Shown piece by piece: positions 1 through 9,663 of a stretch of DNA of 64,000 nucleotides. The stretch's first letter is position 1, and the number at the start of each line of letters is the position of its first letter. Source of the DNA: an uncultured Dehalococcoidia bacterium (GTDB lineage Bacteria; Chloroflexota; Dehalococcoidia; Lucifugimonadales; Australimonadaceae); NCBI GenBank assembly GCA_958295525.1, contig OY282355.1:655504-719503 (forward strand), read 5' to 3'. The notes below the pieces were generated by a model, which did not search any database, had not been told where the DNA came from, and saw only the letters and a list, made by a program, of their open reading frames with translations. A program made the position numbers and the translations under genes.

Positions 1-1590
1 GGTGGTGCCGCCGCCGGTCGCCAGCGCGTCGGTGTCGCCGTGGCGCGTTTCGACGGCCTCCGGCGCAACGCCGAGCGCGTCCGCGGCGATCTGCGCGAAC
101 GAGGTCGCCGTGCCCTGTCCGTGCGGCGATACGTCGGTGAACAGGATGACGCGCCCGTCGGGCGTGATTTCGACGCGGGCGGCGCTTTTGCGGACGCCGG
201 CCTTGCCGCCCGACGCTTTGATGACGGTCGCGACGCCGACGCCGGTTCGGACGGGGCCGCGCTCGTGGGCTTGTCGTTCGCGCAACTCGGCGTAGTCCGC
301 CATTTCGAGCGCGCGGTCGAGCGCGGGGGCGAAGTCGCCGGAGTCGTATTTGAGGCCGGTGGCCGTTTCGTAGGGGAAGGCGTCGGGCGGGATGAAGTTG
401 CGCCGCCGGATTTCGGCGGGGTCGACGCCGAGCCTGCGCGCGCCCTCGTCGAGGATGCGCTCGATGGGGACGGCGGCCTCGGGCCCGCCCGCGCCGCGGT
501 AGGGGCCGGTCGGCGGGCGGTTGGTGGTCACGCCGAGGCATTCGACCTCCATCGCGGGGATGGCGTAAGGGCCTGCGACGCGCTGGACGGCGTTGCCGAG
601 CGGCCCGCCGCTGGAGGTGAGGAAGTAGGCGCCCATATCGGCGAGCATTCGGATGCGGACGCCCAGAACGCGCCCGTCGCTGCGGAAGGCGGCCTGCGCG
701 TCCGCCGTGAAGCCGCGCCCGTGCGAGGCGAGCGCGCTTTCGGAGCGCTGCTCCGTCCATTTGACCGGCGCGCCCAGCTGCGTCGCGGCGTAGGCGACGG
801 CGACCTCCTCGGGCCACACCTCGATCTTCCGCCCGAATCCCCCGCCCACGTCCGGCGTGACGACGCGGACGTCCCAGCCGCCGGGCAGCAGCACCGCCAG
901 GTAGGTTTTCACGCGGTGCGGCACCTGCGTCGACGTCCAGACCGTGAGCCGCCGGCGCTCCCTGTCGGGCGCGGCCACGATGCCTCGGCACTCCATCGCC
1001 ATCGCCGCGAGGCGGGGAATCTCGTAGGTCGCCTCGACGATCAGGTCGGCGGCCTCGAACGCCTCCGCGACGCCGCCCGCGCCCGCCGCCGTCCGCATCA
1101 CGACGTTCGTGCCGATATGCGGATGCAGCGGCGCCGCGTCGCTCGCCGACTCGCGCGGATCGAGGAGCGGGGGAAGGGGCTCGTAGCGCGGGGCGATGCG
1201 GTCGCGGGCGTCGTATGCTTGGGCGCGCGTCGCGGCGATCACGACGGCGACGGGCTGGCCGACGTAGCAGACGCGGTCGCGGGCGAGCGCGGGATGCTCC
1301 GGGATAGGCGTTCCGCCCATCCCCTCGCGGCGTATGGCGCCGATGTCGGGGACGACGCCGTCGAGGTCGGCGCCGGTGTAGACGGCGGCGACGCCCGGGC
1401 CGGCGAGCGCGTCCGCGGCGTCCACTCCGCGCAGCAAGGCGTGGGGCTCCGCGCTGCGGAGGACGGCGGCATGCAGCATCCCGTCGAGTTGGATGTCGTC
1501 AACGAACCGGCCGGCGCCGCGCAGCAGCCGGTCGTCCTCTATGCGGGGCATACCTTGCCCGCGATAGGAGGGTCCGCGATAGGACGCCAT
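1..1590 (-). CDS. Xanthine dehydrogenase / aerobic CO dehydrogenase family molybdopterin-binding large subunit (N-terminal ~530 aa; 3' end runs off the left edge)
   Basis: Not in the ORF track (no stop inside the window). Manual minus-strand translation from ATG 1590-1588 stays open to position 1: MASYRGPSYRGQGMPRIEDDRLLRGAGRFVDDIQLDGMLHAAVLRS ... GPYRGAGGPEAAVPIERILDEGARRLGVDPAEIRRRNF. These are the N-terminal and YRGxG hallmarks of the family. The + ORF 40..1767 is its Arg/Ala-rich antisense shadow. Confidence 0.8.
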   Translation of the reverse strand, partial: MASYRGPSYRGQGMPRIEDDRLLRGAGRFVDDIQLDGMLHAAVLRSAEPHALLRGVDAADALAGPGVAAVYTGADLDGVVPDIGAIRREGMGGTPIPEHPALARDRVCYVGQPVAVVIAATRAQAYDARDRIAPRYEPLPPLLDPRESASDAAPLHPHIGTNVVMRTAAGAGGVAEAFEAADLIVEATYEIPRLAAMAMECRGIVAAPDRERRRLTVWTSTQVPHRVKTYLAVLLPGGWDVRVVTPDVGGGFGRKIEVWPEEVAVAYAATQLGAPVKWTEQRSESALASHGRGFTADAQAAFRSDGRVLGVRIRMLADMGAYFLTSSGGPLGNAVQRVAGPYAIPAMEVECLGVTTNRPPTGPYRGAGGPEAAVPIERILDEGARRLGVDPAEIRRRNFIPPDAFPYETATGLKYDSGDFAPALDRALEMADYAELRERQAHERGPVRTGVGVATVIKASGGKAGVRKSAARVEITPDGRVILFTDVSPHGQGTATSFAQIAADALGVAPEAVETRHGDTDALATGGGTT

Positions 1591-1597
1591 TTGCGCG

Positions 1598-2608
1598 CTA
1601 CTCCGCCGGCAAAACGGGCGTATGCACCTGCAGATAGGTGCCGGGGATCTGCTGCCAGCAGAGGAACCGCAGTTCCTCGTGATGGGGGTTCAGCGTCTCG
1701 TGCCTGCTTCCGGCGGGAATGCAGGCGAAGTCGCCCGCGCGGACGCGGACGCGCTGCTCGCCGATGACCTCCACGCCCTCGCCGGCGAGGTAGTAGCGCA
1801 CCGCGTCGCCGGAGGTTTGCGGCGCGCCCGTCTCCGTCTTGCCCGGGACGTTCTCCATAAAGAGTTGGAAGGAGTAGATGTCGAAGCCCAACTCGGGCGA
1901 AATGATGTGATGCCTGCCGGGGCCCCACTCCGTCAGCGGGGCGTCCTCCGCCGGAACATGCAGACGCTTTTCCCCCCGCCTGCGCTGGATCTCCATCGCC
2001 GCGCGTCCGAACGCCATCTGCTCTTCCAAGTAGCGCAGATAGAGCGGCCACGGCTCCAGTTTCGCGAGTTCCTGGTCGGAGAGGTCGCTGACTTCCGGCG
2101 CCTGATGCGGAGCCGTCAGATGCACGAACGGCGTGGGGACTTGTCGGTAGGTGCCGGGGAACTGCTGCGCCGCGAGGAAGACCAGAGGCTCCGGGTTCGG
2201 GTTCTCGGTTCCGTGCCAGACGTTGGCGGGCACGTGGCAGAAGTCGCCGACTTTCACGTCGAACCGGATGTCCTCGATCAGTTCCTGCCCGCCGCCTTTG
2301 ACGTAGTGCTTGAGCGCGTCGCCGTGCGTGTGGTAGCGCTCGGAGCCGCCCGCGCGCCCGGAGGTGAACACGTGCAGGTTGTGGACGTTGAAGCCTTTTT
2401 CCGGCCCGACGATGATGCGCTGGTTCGGCCCCGCGTTCTCCACGTCGGCCTCTTCGGCGGGGACGTGGACGCGCCCTTGCCGCCTGCGTTTGTCGAGCGC
2501 GAGGGCGGCGCGCCCGAAGTTCTCCTGCTTCTCCATGTAGAGCGCGTACAACTCTTCCGGCGTCAGTTCGTCGAGCGCTTCGGGCAGCGCTTGCGCGGTG
2601 GTCGTCAT
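1598..2608 (-). CDS. Bicupin protein, dioxygenase-like
   Basis: ORF 1598..2710. Start moved to ATG 2608 (MTTTAQALPE), which has GGAGG 5 nt upstream. Two internally similar cupin halves ('HTHGDALKHY...WHGTEN' and 'GDAVRYY...RHETLN'). The stop is 8 nt before the Mo-subunit gene start, so co-transcription is likely. Confidence 0.7.
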   Translation of the reverse strand: MTTTAQALPEALDELTPEELYALYMEKQENFGRAALALDKRRRQGRVHVPAEEADVENAGPNQRIIVGPEKGFNVHNLHVFTSGRAGGSERYHTHGDALKHYVKGGGQELIEDIRFDVKVGDFCHVPANVWHGTENPNPEPLVFLAAQQFPGTYRQVPTPFVHLTAPHQAPEVSDLSDQELAKLEPWPLYLRYLEEQMAFGRAAMEIQRRRGEKRLHVPAEDAPLTEWGPGRHHIISPELGFDIYSFQLFMENVPGKTETGAPQTSGDAVRYYLAGEGVEVIGEQRVRVRAGDFACIPAGSRHETLNPHHEELRFLCWQQIPGTYLQVHTPVLPAE

Positions 2609-2773
2609 CGTCGCCTCCGTATCGCGTTCGTTCGCGCCCGTCCCGGACGCGCGCCCGTGAGCGTAGGGCGTAAGCGGCGGCGTGTCAATGGCGGAATTCA
2701 GGCGCCTCATGCTTGCGTTATGCCCGCAATGCTGTCATAATGCTGCTTCTGCGAAGGCAGATAGAAGAAACGC

Positions 2774-2802
2774 TTGCAATACGCTTGCGGCGCTTGTATA
2801 AT
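2774..2802 (+). promoter_or_regulatory. Sigma70-like promoter candidate for the fitA/vapC-like pair
   Basis: TTGCAA (2774-2779), 17-nt spacer, TATAAT (2797-2802), 33 nt upstream of the antitoxin ATG. Three CGCTTG repeats at about 10-nt spacing overlap it (possible operator). Confidence 0.55.
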
Positions 2803-2835
2803 GCCTGCATCAGAGAGTGAGGGAGGGCATCAGCC

Positions 2836-3069
2836 ATGGCGCAATTGACGATCAGGAGCGTTCCGGACGGCGTGCGCGACACGCTCGCGTCCCGTGCGGC
2901 GGCGCGCCGCCAGTCTATGCAGGAGTACGTCTTGAGCGAGTTGGAGCGCATCACGGCGGTTCCTCCCGTAGAGGAGTGGCTGGACGGCGTTCGCCAACGC
3001 AAGGCGCTGTCCGAGACGAGAATCGGCGCGGCGGACATCCTGTGGGCGCGCGACGAAGACCGCAAGTAG
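2836..3069 (+). CDS. Ribbon-helix-helix antitoxin, FitA/VapB-like
   Basis: 77 aa, MAQLTIRSVPDGVRDTLASRAAARRQSMQEYVLSEL. N-terminal RHH of the plasmid-stability antitoxin type. Lies 24 nt upstream of a PIN gene. Confidence 0.75.
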   Translation: MAQLTIRSVPDGVRDTLASRAAARRQSMQEYVLSELERITAVPPVEEWLDGVRQRKALSETRIGAADILWARDEDRK

Positions 3070-3093
3070 CGAGCGGCGGGGCGCGTTCGTAGG

Positions 3094-3522
3094 ATGGCGG
3101 CGGTCGTTGATTCTTCGGTGATTGTTGCGGCGCTCATTGACACGGGACCGGACGGGAGGTGGGCCGAATCGGTTATCGCCGTCGCCCCGCTCTACTGCCC
3201 GGAACATGTGCTCGCTGAGGCCAGCAACGTTCTGCGCCGCTTGGAATTGCAGGGCAAGGTGTCGCAGTTCGAGGCGAACCTCGCGCAGCGGGACCTGCTC
3301 CGCCTCCGGCTGGACCTGTTCCCGTTCCGGCCGTTCGCTCAGCGCGTATGGGCGATGCGCCGGAACGTCACCGCCTACGACGCTTGGTACGCCGCCGTCG
3401 CGGAAGCCGTCGACTGCCCGCTGTTCACGCTAGACCGGAAGCTGAGCTGCGCGAGCGGCCTGACCTGCGCCATCCAAACGCCGCCCCACGCTCCGCCGCC
3501 CGACGAGGCGCCCGATCCGTAG
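3094..3522 (+). CDS. vapC: PIN-domain toxin, VapC family
   Basis: 142 aa. PIN acidic residues in typical contexts: 'VVDSSV', 'LAEASNVL', 'TAYDAWYAA', 'FTLDRKL'. Confidence 0.8.
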   Translation: MAAVVDSSVIVAALIDTGPDGRWAESVIAVAPLYCPEHVLAEASNVLRRLELQGKVSQFEANLAQRDLLRLRLDLFPFRPFAQRVWAMRRNVTAYDAWYAAVAEAVDCPLFTLDRKLSCASGLTCAIQTPPHAPPPDEAPDP

Positions 3523-3550
3523 CCGCGCCACAGGACGGCGCTTCCTGTCC

Positions 3551-3579
3551 GTCGTTCCCGCGAAGGCGGGAACCTCGCC
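3551..3579. repeat. Single REP-like hairpin (TTCCCGC-N4-GCGGGAA core)
   Basis: gtcgttcccgcgaaggcgggaacctcgcc. Same core as the clustered repeats elsewhere in the window. Confidence 0.8.
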
Positions 3580-3643
3580 TTGCTGACCTTGTGCGATAAT
3601 TGTCGAAGCAGGCAGGCGGCATGGCCTGATTGGGAGGCGAGCA

Positions 3644-4489
3644 ATGGCGACGGAGTCCGGCCGGATCAAGGAACTCGTGCAGGAGCGTTACGGCGAGCGA
3701 GCCAAGCGCGTCATCGCGCTCGGCTCCGTAGCGGAGCCTCCGCCCTCCCTCCGCGCCGGCGAGCGGCTCGACGCCGGCGCCGGGCAATCCGGCGCGGATT
3801 GCTGCGCCCCGGCGGACTGCTGCGCGGCGGCGGACGCTGAGTACGCGATGCGCCTGTACGCCGAGGGGCAACTTGCGGGCTTGCCCGCCGGGTCGGTGGC
3901 GGCGTCCGCAGGATGCGGCAATCCGACGGCGCTGGCGGGGCTGCGTCCCGGCGAGCGCGTGCTCGACCTCGGCTCCGGCGGCGGCATTGACTGCTTCCTC
4001 GCCGCGCGGCAGGTTGGGGAGAGCGGGCGCGTCACCGGCTTGGATATGACGCCTGCGATGCTGGAACTCGCGCGCAAGAACTTGGCCGCGCTTGGGTTGA
4101 CGAACGTCGAGTTCGCGCAGGGCGAAATGGAGGCGATGCCGCTGCCCAGCGACGCCTACGACGCGATCATCTCCAACTGCGTCGTCTGCCTCTCTCCCGA
4201 CAAGGACGCGGTGTTCCGCGAGAGTTTCCGCGTGCTCGCCCCCGGCGGACGCATTCATCTCTCGGACGTGCTCGCGCTCACGCCGGACGGCCCCGCAGTC
4301 TCCGGCGAGGCTGATTGGGTCGCTTGCACCGCGGGCGCCGAACACCGCGACGCTTACCTCGGGCGGCTGTCCGCCGCCGGTTTCGTGGACATCGAGATCG
4401 AGGGAGAGGCGCACGAGACCCTGGGCGGGAACGATGAGCCCGGCTCCAACACGGCGAGTTTCCGCGTGACCGCCCGCAAGCCGCAGTAG
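3644..4489 (+). CDS. arsM: Arsenite S-adenosylmethionine methyltransferase
   Basis: 281 aa. 'VQERYGERA' N-terminus, Cys pairs 'DCCAPADCC', SAM motif '[11 protein letters not shown]', conserved Cys contexts 'AGCGNP' and '[11 protein letters not shown]'. Confidence 0.85.
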   Translation: MATESGRIKELVQERYGERAKRVIALGSVAEPPPSLRAGERLDAGAGQSGADCCAPADCCAAADAEYAMRLYAEGQLAGLPAGSVAASAGCGNPTALAGLRPGERVLDLGSGGGIDCFLAARQVGESGRVTGLDMTPAMLELARKNLAALGLTNVEFAQGEMEAMPLPSDAYDAIISNCVVCLSPDKDAVFRESFRVLAPGGRIHLSDVLALTPDGPAVSGEADWVACTAGAEHRDAYLGRLSAAGFVDIEIEGEAHETLGGNDEPGSNTASFRVTARKPQ

Positions 4490-4586
4490 CGGGCCCGACG
4501 GCGGTAGCCCGCTCCTCCCGTCGTCGCGCCCGGCAGATCGTTCGGGACGGCGTCCGGCGCGCGTCGCTGCCTGTCAGTTAGTGGGG

Positions 4587-5000
4587 TTAGCCCAGGAAAG
4601 CGCGGATGCGGTTCATCACGGCGGGGAGGTCGCGGAGTTCGCACTCCCATACGGTCAGGGCGCGCCATCCTTTGGTTTGCAAGGCGACGGTATGCTCTTT
4701 GTCGCGGTCGCGGGTGCGCTTGAGTTTGGGTTCCCAGTACTCCAGGTTGGATTTCGGGAGACCCGCGATGGGGCAGGAAGGGTCGGGGTGCCAGTGCCAG
4801 AAGCAGCCGTTGACGAATATCACGGCCTGACGGCGCGGGAGCGTCAGGTCGGGGGAGCCGGGCAAGTCGCGCCGGTGCAGGCGGAATCTGTAGCCGAGGC
4901 TGTGCACCATAGAGCGCACCGCCATCTCCGGCTTCATGCCCTGCGAACGGATGCGGGACATACACCGCGAACGGTCCTCGGGGCTCAGGTTGTCCGCCAT
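4587..5000 (-). CDS. vsr: Very short patch repair endonuclease
   Basis: 137 aa. 'SRCMSRIRSQGMKPE', 'AVIFVNGCFWHWH' and 'LTVWECEL' match Vsr. Start is 9 nt after the stop of the upstream gene; last gene of the dcm operon. Confidence 0.9.
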   Translation of the reverse strand: MADNLSPEDRSRCMSRIRSQGMKPEMAVRSMVHSLGYRFRLHRRDLPGSPDLTLPRRQAVIFVNGCFWHWHPDPSCPIAGLPKSNLEYWEPKLKRTRDRDKEHTVALQTKGWRALTVWECELRDLPAVMNRIRAFLG

Positions 5001-5009
5001 CCGTTCCCC

Positions 5010-5765
5010 CTACGGGGCGCGCTCCGCGAGAGAGCGGTCTGCCTCCTCCCTAACCAAGTTCGCTAGGGCTTTGTCCGGCAAAGCGTCAAGCAGGATAACG
5101 CCTCCCCGCCGGTCCAGCGCGCGCATCCAACTGCGGAAGACCTCACGCTCGAACAACTCGCCGCCGTTGTCCCAATGCCGCTGCATCTCCTCGTATATCA
5201 CGCGGAGCACGCGCTTGTTCCTAGACACTGATGGCCGTTCTATGAGCGCCGAGCGCACGTCTTGGCGGTGCAGCAGGATGGAGAGGAACTCACCGGGGTT
5301 TTCAGGAGCGACGTCGGATGCTATCTTGCCTAGCCACCACAACCGTGAGACGCCATTGTCTCTTATTAGCGCCCGGTTGTCCACCGCGAAAAAGTGATTC
5401 CTCACCTCGCGGACAGCCGCGTCATCATTGGCAGGGCGGGTTGCGAGCCAGCGCCCCCGCACATATTCCGGGCACTGCTGGTGGCACAAGTACACCCAGA
5501 GCCGCTCGTCCGACGCTTGGTGGGGAGTAAGCCCTGACAGCGCCTCGTAAACGACGAGGGCGTTGACATCGTCGGTGCGGGACGGCTGGGTAGGATTGAT
5601 CACGAGGCCGTTCAGGTCAGGCGACGCCATACGGGACTCGCGCGCGTTCCCGGGGGGAACCGGAAGGCGGCCTCCTTGCGGCGCGTAGTACCAGTCTAGG
5701 CGGCTGGGAATGCCGCGGTGCAATTCCTCAACCGCTTGCGCAGTGTAGTAGCGGAGTTGGGCCAT
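5010..5765 (-). CDS. Unassigned 251-aa protein, fourth gene of the dcm-vsr operon
   Basis: ORF 5010..5876. Start moved to ATG 5765 (MAQLRYYTAQAVEEL), which forms an ATGA overlap with the upstream stop. Coding-like composition; no family recognised by eye. Confidence 0.6.
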   Translation of the reverse strand: MAQLRYYTAQAVEELHRGIPSRLDWYYAPQGGRLPVPPGNARESRMASPDLNGLVINPTQPSRTDDVNALVVYEALSGLTPHQASDERLWVYLCHQQCPEYVRGRWLATRPANDDAAVREVRNHFFAVDNRALIRDNGVSRLWWLGKIASDVAPENPGEFLSILLHRQDVRSALIERPSVSRNKRVLRVIYEEMQRHWDNGGELFEREVFRSWMRALDRRGGVILLDALPDKALANLVREEADRSLAERAP

Positions 5766-6622
5766 CAGGAATCGCCCCCTGCTTCGGCTATCAACGGCAT
5801 CTTGACGAACGGGGATTCCAACACTTTCTGAGCATCGATCGCACGGTCGGCGTGCTTCGATCCAAGCGGTTCGCATCCTAACCTTTCGAGGCGATTATTC
5901 AATGATTCAAACCACCTATAATCCGTGTATTCGCCATCGGCTTTGTCCGCTTCGTTTAGGACATGTATCAGAACAGGCAGATACAGCCCGTTCATTAGGT
6001 ACTGACCTTGTGGCGTATTGTTCGCTTGGTCCCGCGCCGTGGCGAAGCGAGTGGAGTCAGCAGAAGACAAGCAGATTTTTATGCGGTTTCCGCCGAGGTT
6101 GCATTCCCATCGTCCGTTTTGGGAGCCGCTGGGTTCTGTCGCAAATATCGTCCCGATAGGAGATTCATCAGCTGCGTCTATCCAGCATCCTTTTGGCTTG
6201 TCCTCGGCAAGCACGACCCCTGGGGCAAGATCGAAAGCAAGCCCTGTGAAGTCCGAATGCCATCCTTGCGCGACAAAGCCGTACTGGAGTTCGACGCACA
6301 CGAGAAACGGCGAACACTCGATGAGGCCTGACAGTTCGCCTCTGAACGAGCGATTGATGAGGGGAGCGGCGGAGCGGAACTCTTGGCGAAAGTGCGTCTT
6401 AGGCGACTTGACCAGCAAGACGTACTGCGCTGCGCCATCCTGCACTAGCCGAAGGAGGTCAGGGTCGCTTAGGGAGAATTCCGCGGTGATGTCCGCGCCA
6501 ATGCTCCCTGGCGCGAGCTTGCGCGCTATGTCGACTTCGAACTCCGCGTTGGGGTAGTCGTCGCCGTACTCCCGAGGGCGCAGCACAGGGTGCGGCCAAC
6601 CCTTGCCTGGGTCAATTCGCAT
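5765..6622 (-). CDS. Unassigned 285-aa protein, third gene of the dcm-vsr operon
   Basis: MRIDPGKGWPHPVLRPREYGDDYPNAEFEV. Overlaps the GHKL gene end by 11 nt. GC visibly lower than flanks. No nuclease motif recognised by eye. Confidence 0.6.
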   Translation of the reverse strand: MRIDPGKGWPHPVLRPREYGDDYPNAEFEVDIARKLAPGSIGADITAEFSLSDPDLLRLVQDGAAQYVLLVKSPKTHFRQEFRSAAPLINRSFRGELSGLIECSPFLVCVELQYGFVAQGWHSDFTGLAFDLAPGVVLAEDKPKGCWIDAADESPIGTIFATEPSGSQNGRWECNLGGNRIKICLSSADSTRFATARDQANNTPQGQYLMNGLYLPVLIHVLNEADKADGEYTDYRWFESLNNRLERLGCEPLGSKHADRAIDAQKVLESPFVKMPLIAEAGGDS

Positions 6623-8603
6623 TTGTCACCACCTCTACCGCGGCAACGCGAAGCGCACGGTCGTGGATCGGGTTATCAGCGATGATCTCCAAGGACGGAG
6701 TGCGCTTGCCTGCGGTTAAAGCGATTTCCGCAAGCGTACTGCCGTCGGCAGCGCGAACGCCTTCCAAGGGATTCGTGTTCGAATCCCCCGCCTCTTCCAA
6801 TTCAATGCGGGCAGTTCCCGTGCGATGAGCCTTGAAACTGAGTCGGTAGCGGTTGGGTGCCCCAGGGACTGGGAGAACGCGGACAGCGGAAATAGGGAGC
6901 AGTTTCCTGACTGCGCCGCCGGACTGTCCGCCCGCCCCTCCTTCTCGTTCGCCGTCTCCGGACCCACCGGTTCCGCCGTCGCCGCCGTTGGCGCCTCCTA
7001 CGTCCTCGCCACTGCCGCCGACATCGCCGCCGTTGGCGTCTCCTGCGCCCCCGCCACTGCCACCGACATCGCCGCCGTAGCCTTCCGCGTCGTCTTCCTC
7101 GTCCCGAGGCAACGGAGGCGCCACCCGACGGATGGGCTTGAGTTTCACGGTTATTCTGTCCCCGAATCCGCGCTCTTTCGTTCCTTCGCTGCCGTCATTC
7201 GCCGCGTCATCGAACGGTTCGTCGGGGTACAGGTCAGGCAGGTATGCGGCGAGTTCGGAAAGCGCCGTCGTCTGTCCGGTCTCCCGCGGCCCTGCTTGCT
7301 TGCGGATTTCGTCGCGTATCCATTTCGTTATGCGCGCCAACGCGCGACGCCCTCTTTCGCGTTCATCTTCAGGCAGGTGGTCAGGTTCGAATTTATCGTG
7401 CCGGGGATTCTCCATCCGCCGCAGCAATTCGTTCCCTTGCGTATCCTCAAACACGCACATCGCCGCAAAGCCCTGGTGCAGAGGGAACCGCATTAGGTTG
7501 GGCTGTTGGTCGGTCACTAACATTCCTGTACGGCGAACGAGCGCAACCCTGCTAGGCAGCCCTTCTCCGACACGAATGAACAAATTGCAATGTCCAAGTT
7601 CGTGATCCTGTTTCTCTATGGCATCGATGCTCCCGTCGGCCAATTCCCAATACGCCTTAGCGCGCTTGAGCGCGGTGCCGTCTTCCTCATCTTCAACGGA
7701 GGCATTATCCTGGAGTGATTCAAACCATCTGTGAAGCGTGCCGCTTTCGATCTCTATATCAGACAGGTTCTCTGCATTAGAGTCAGGCTCGACCATAACT
7801 TTCAGGTTACCTTTGTCTATGGCGTAGAAGTAGTTTTCAATGACACTGGACGCGATGCGGTTCCTCCAGTTGCGCTCTTCGCTAAACCCTGCCACGAGCA
7901 AAACGGTGCCATGCACGCGGTTCCCATCTATGTCCTGCAGGCGAAACGATCTAGGGATTGAATCCGTCAACGCTTCACAGGCTTCTGTTATCCCGTAGAA
8001 TCCTGTGCCTTGCGTCCGGTTGGCTGCGTCGCCATGCGACATAAGCACGGCCTTGCCCTGGAATTTCTCGACTTCCCGCTGATTCTGGTCGTGATAGCAC
8101 GTCCAGTAGAACACCGTGCGGAGGGCCGAAACAGCGAAAGGCGCGTATTTGCCAATTCCAAAAGACCCGCCTGCGCCTGCGCCTTCTTTCTGGCTCAGCC
8201 CTTGCATTTTGACAAGCGCGTGCCAATTCTTCTCAGGCAGGCCGATAGTGTTGCGATCGGACACCTGCAAGCAAGGGATTTCCTTGCGGCCAAGGATGTC
8301 TTTGGCTTTTGCCAACGCTAGGCTTGCTCCGGTGTCTTGCTGCTCGTTCGCCACCAGGATTGACGCGACGACCTCACGCTGCAACTCTCCCGCGCCTATC
8401 TCATCGGGATTCACCGCAATGAGTTCGAACACGACCTCAACGGGGGAAGCCTCCGACTTTCTCGCGTCGAGCGAATTCTGAATTGTTTCGCGGGCAAGGC
8501 TAGACAGGGGCGCGCCAGTGAAAGTGGCGATTCCCGGGTCGTTCCAGCCGTCTTCCTTCCCGCCGTTGGTAGGGGGGAAGCTCCAACCCACTTCAGGCGC
8601 CAT
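6612..8603 (-). CDS. GHKL (Bergerat-fold, MORC/MutL-like) ATPase, 663 aa
   Basis: Start set at ATG 8603 (MAPEVGW), overlapping the dcm stop (TAATG). Motifs: N-box 'LARETIQNSLDA', 'QVSDRNTIGL', Gly-rich lid 'GGSFGIGKYA'. Followed by a long helical middle, a Gly/Asp-rich linker and a ~100-aa C-terminal domain. Confidence 0.7.
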   Translation of the reverse strand: MAPEVGWSFPPTNGGKEDGWNDPGIATFTGAPLSSLARETIQNSLDARKSEASPVEVVFELIAVNPDEIGAGELQREVVASILVANEQQDTGASLALAKAKDILGRKEIPCLQVSDRNTIGLPEKNWHALVKMQGLSQKEGAGAGGSFGIGKYAPFAVSALRTVFYWTCYHDQNQREVEKFQGKAVLMSHGDAANRTQGTGFYGITEACEALTDSIPRSFRLQDIDGNRVHGTVLLVAGFSEERNWRNRIASSVIENYFYAIDKGNLKVMVEPDSNAENLSDIEIESGTLHRWFESLQDNASVEDEEDGTALKRAKAYWELADGSIDAIEKQDHELGHCNLFIRVGEGLPSRVALVRRTGMLVTDQQPNLMRFPLHQGFAAMCVFEDTQGNELLRRMENPRHDKFEPDHLPEDERERGRRALARITKWIRDEIRKQAGPRETGQTTALSELAAYLPDLYPDEPFDDAANDGSEGTKERGFGDRITVKLKPIRRVAPPLPRDEEDDAEGYGGDVGGSGGGAGDANGGDVGGSGEDVGGANGGDGGTGGSGDGEREGGAGGQSGGAVRKLLPISAVRVLPVPGAPNRYRLSFKAHRTGTARIELEEAGDSNTNPLEGVRAADGSTLAEIALTAGKRTPSLEIIADNPIHDRALRVAAVEVVTNAN

Positions 8604-9628
8604 TAGACCGCCTCCGTCAGAATTCGAGCGCAGGCCGATCCTACCAGAGCGGTTAGGTGAACGCAAGCCGCGTTCCCCACGAGCCTGTACCGTTCGGTTT
8701 CAGGCATATCGTCAGGGAACAGCGGTTCGCAGGTCTTGAACCCTTGCAGGCCGGCCACCTCGTCAACGCTCATCTTGCGAATGCCCCAGTCGTCGCGCAC
8801 GAAAGGAACGTTGTGCCCGCCTATTCCCATATTGGCGGTCAAGGTCGGACAGAGCCCTTGCTTCTTCTCCCGCACATACGACCGTCGCAACTGGTAGACA
8901 TTCTCCGGAGACTCTCCTTCCTCCATCTCCCGACTGATCATTTTGTAGTAGCGGTTCTCCTCGGGGAGGTACGCCTCTTCAGGAGCGCGACGCTCGCGGT
9001 CGATGAACGCGCTGAGCGGACGGGGTTTGCTCTCGGGGCATCGCTCAACGGTGGAAGGGGAGAAGGGGTTGCAAGAGAAATGCGCTTTCGACGCGGCCAC
9101 CATAAACAAGCGCTCGCGGTCTTGCGGCAACTCGGTGTAGTCCTTGACGTTCGCCACCAAGCAGGCGCTGTCCCTGAACCAGTACCCCGCCCGCCTCAGT
9201 GCGCGCTGGACCTCGTCGAACCACTCCCCCCCCTCTCCGTAAAGGAGGTGGGGCACGTTCTCTAGTATGAGGAGACGGGGGCGTTCGGAAGGCTCCATCT
9301 CTCCCAAGATTCGGGGAATCTCGAAGAACAACGCCCCGCGCGGGTCGTTGAACCCTGCGCGGACGCCGGCTTGGGAGAAACTCTGGCAAGGAAAGCCGCC
9401 TGCCAGCACGTCCACCCCGGCCAACCGACCTTCCGCCGCCACCAACTCGCAGACATCTTTCTCTATGAACCGCACGTCAGGGAAGCGGTGGCGGAACGCG
9501 GCGGCGGCGTATTCATCGTTGTCGCTCGCCCAGCGGATTGCAAAGCCCGCTCGCTGAAGGCCGGAGGCGAGACCTCCCATGCCGCTAAACAGGCATCCTG
9601 CGGTCAGTTGACGTTCGTCCGCGCTCAT
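8603..9628 (-). CDS. dcm: DNA (cytosine-5)-methyltransferase
   Basis: Start set at ATG 9628 (MSADERQLTAGCLFSGMGG). Motif I 'FSGMGG', IV 'GFPCQSFS', VI 'LILENV', X 'GNAACV'. The upstream in-frame extension to 9742 is Arg-rich and unlikely to be coding. Confidence 0.9.
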   Translation of the reverse strand: MSADERQLTAGCLFSGMGGLASGLQRAGFAIRWASDNDEYAAAAFRHRFPDVRFIEKDVCELVAAEGRLAGVDVLAGGFPCQSFSQAGVRAGFNDPRGALFFEIPRILGEMEPSERPRLLILENVPHLLYGEGGEWFDEVQRALRRAGYWFRDSACLVANVKDYTELPQDRERLFMVAASKAHFSCNPFSPSTVERCPESKPRPLSAFIDRERRAPEEAYLPEENRYYKMISREMEEGESPENVYQLRRSYVREKKQGLCPTLTANMGIGGHNVPFVRDDWGIRKMSVDEVAGLQGFKTCEPLFPDDMPETERYRLVGNAACVHLTALVGSACARILTEAV

Positions 9629-9663
9629 TCGTAACGGTCTGCGCCCTCCCTGCGGTTCGCGCA

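Noticed and set aside
40-1767. 575-aa + strand ORF
   Set aside because: Extreme Arg/Ala/Gly content with no motifs. It lies antisense to a clearly homologous Mo-subunit gene and the bicupin gene, so it is a high-GC shadow ORF.
6765-6795. tRNA-like T-loop sequence 'GTTCGAATCC'
   Set aside because: It lies inside the GHKL coding region. The flanking bases do not form a T-stem or the rest of a cloverleaf.
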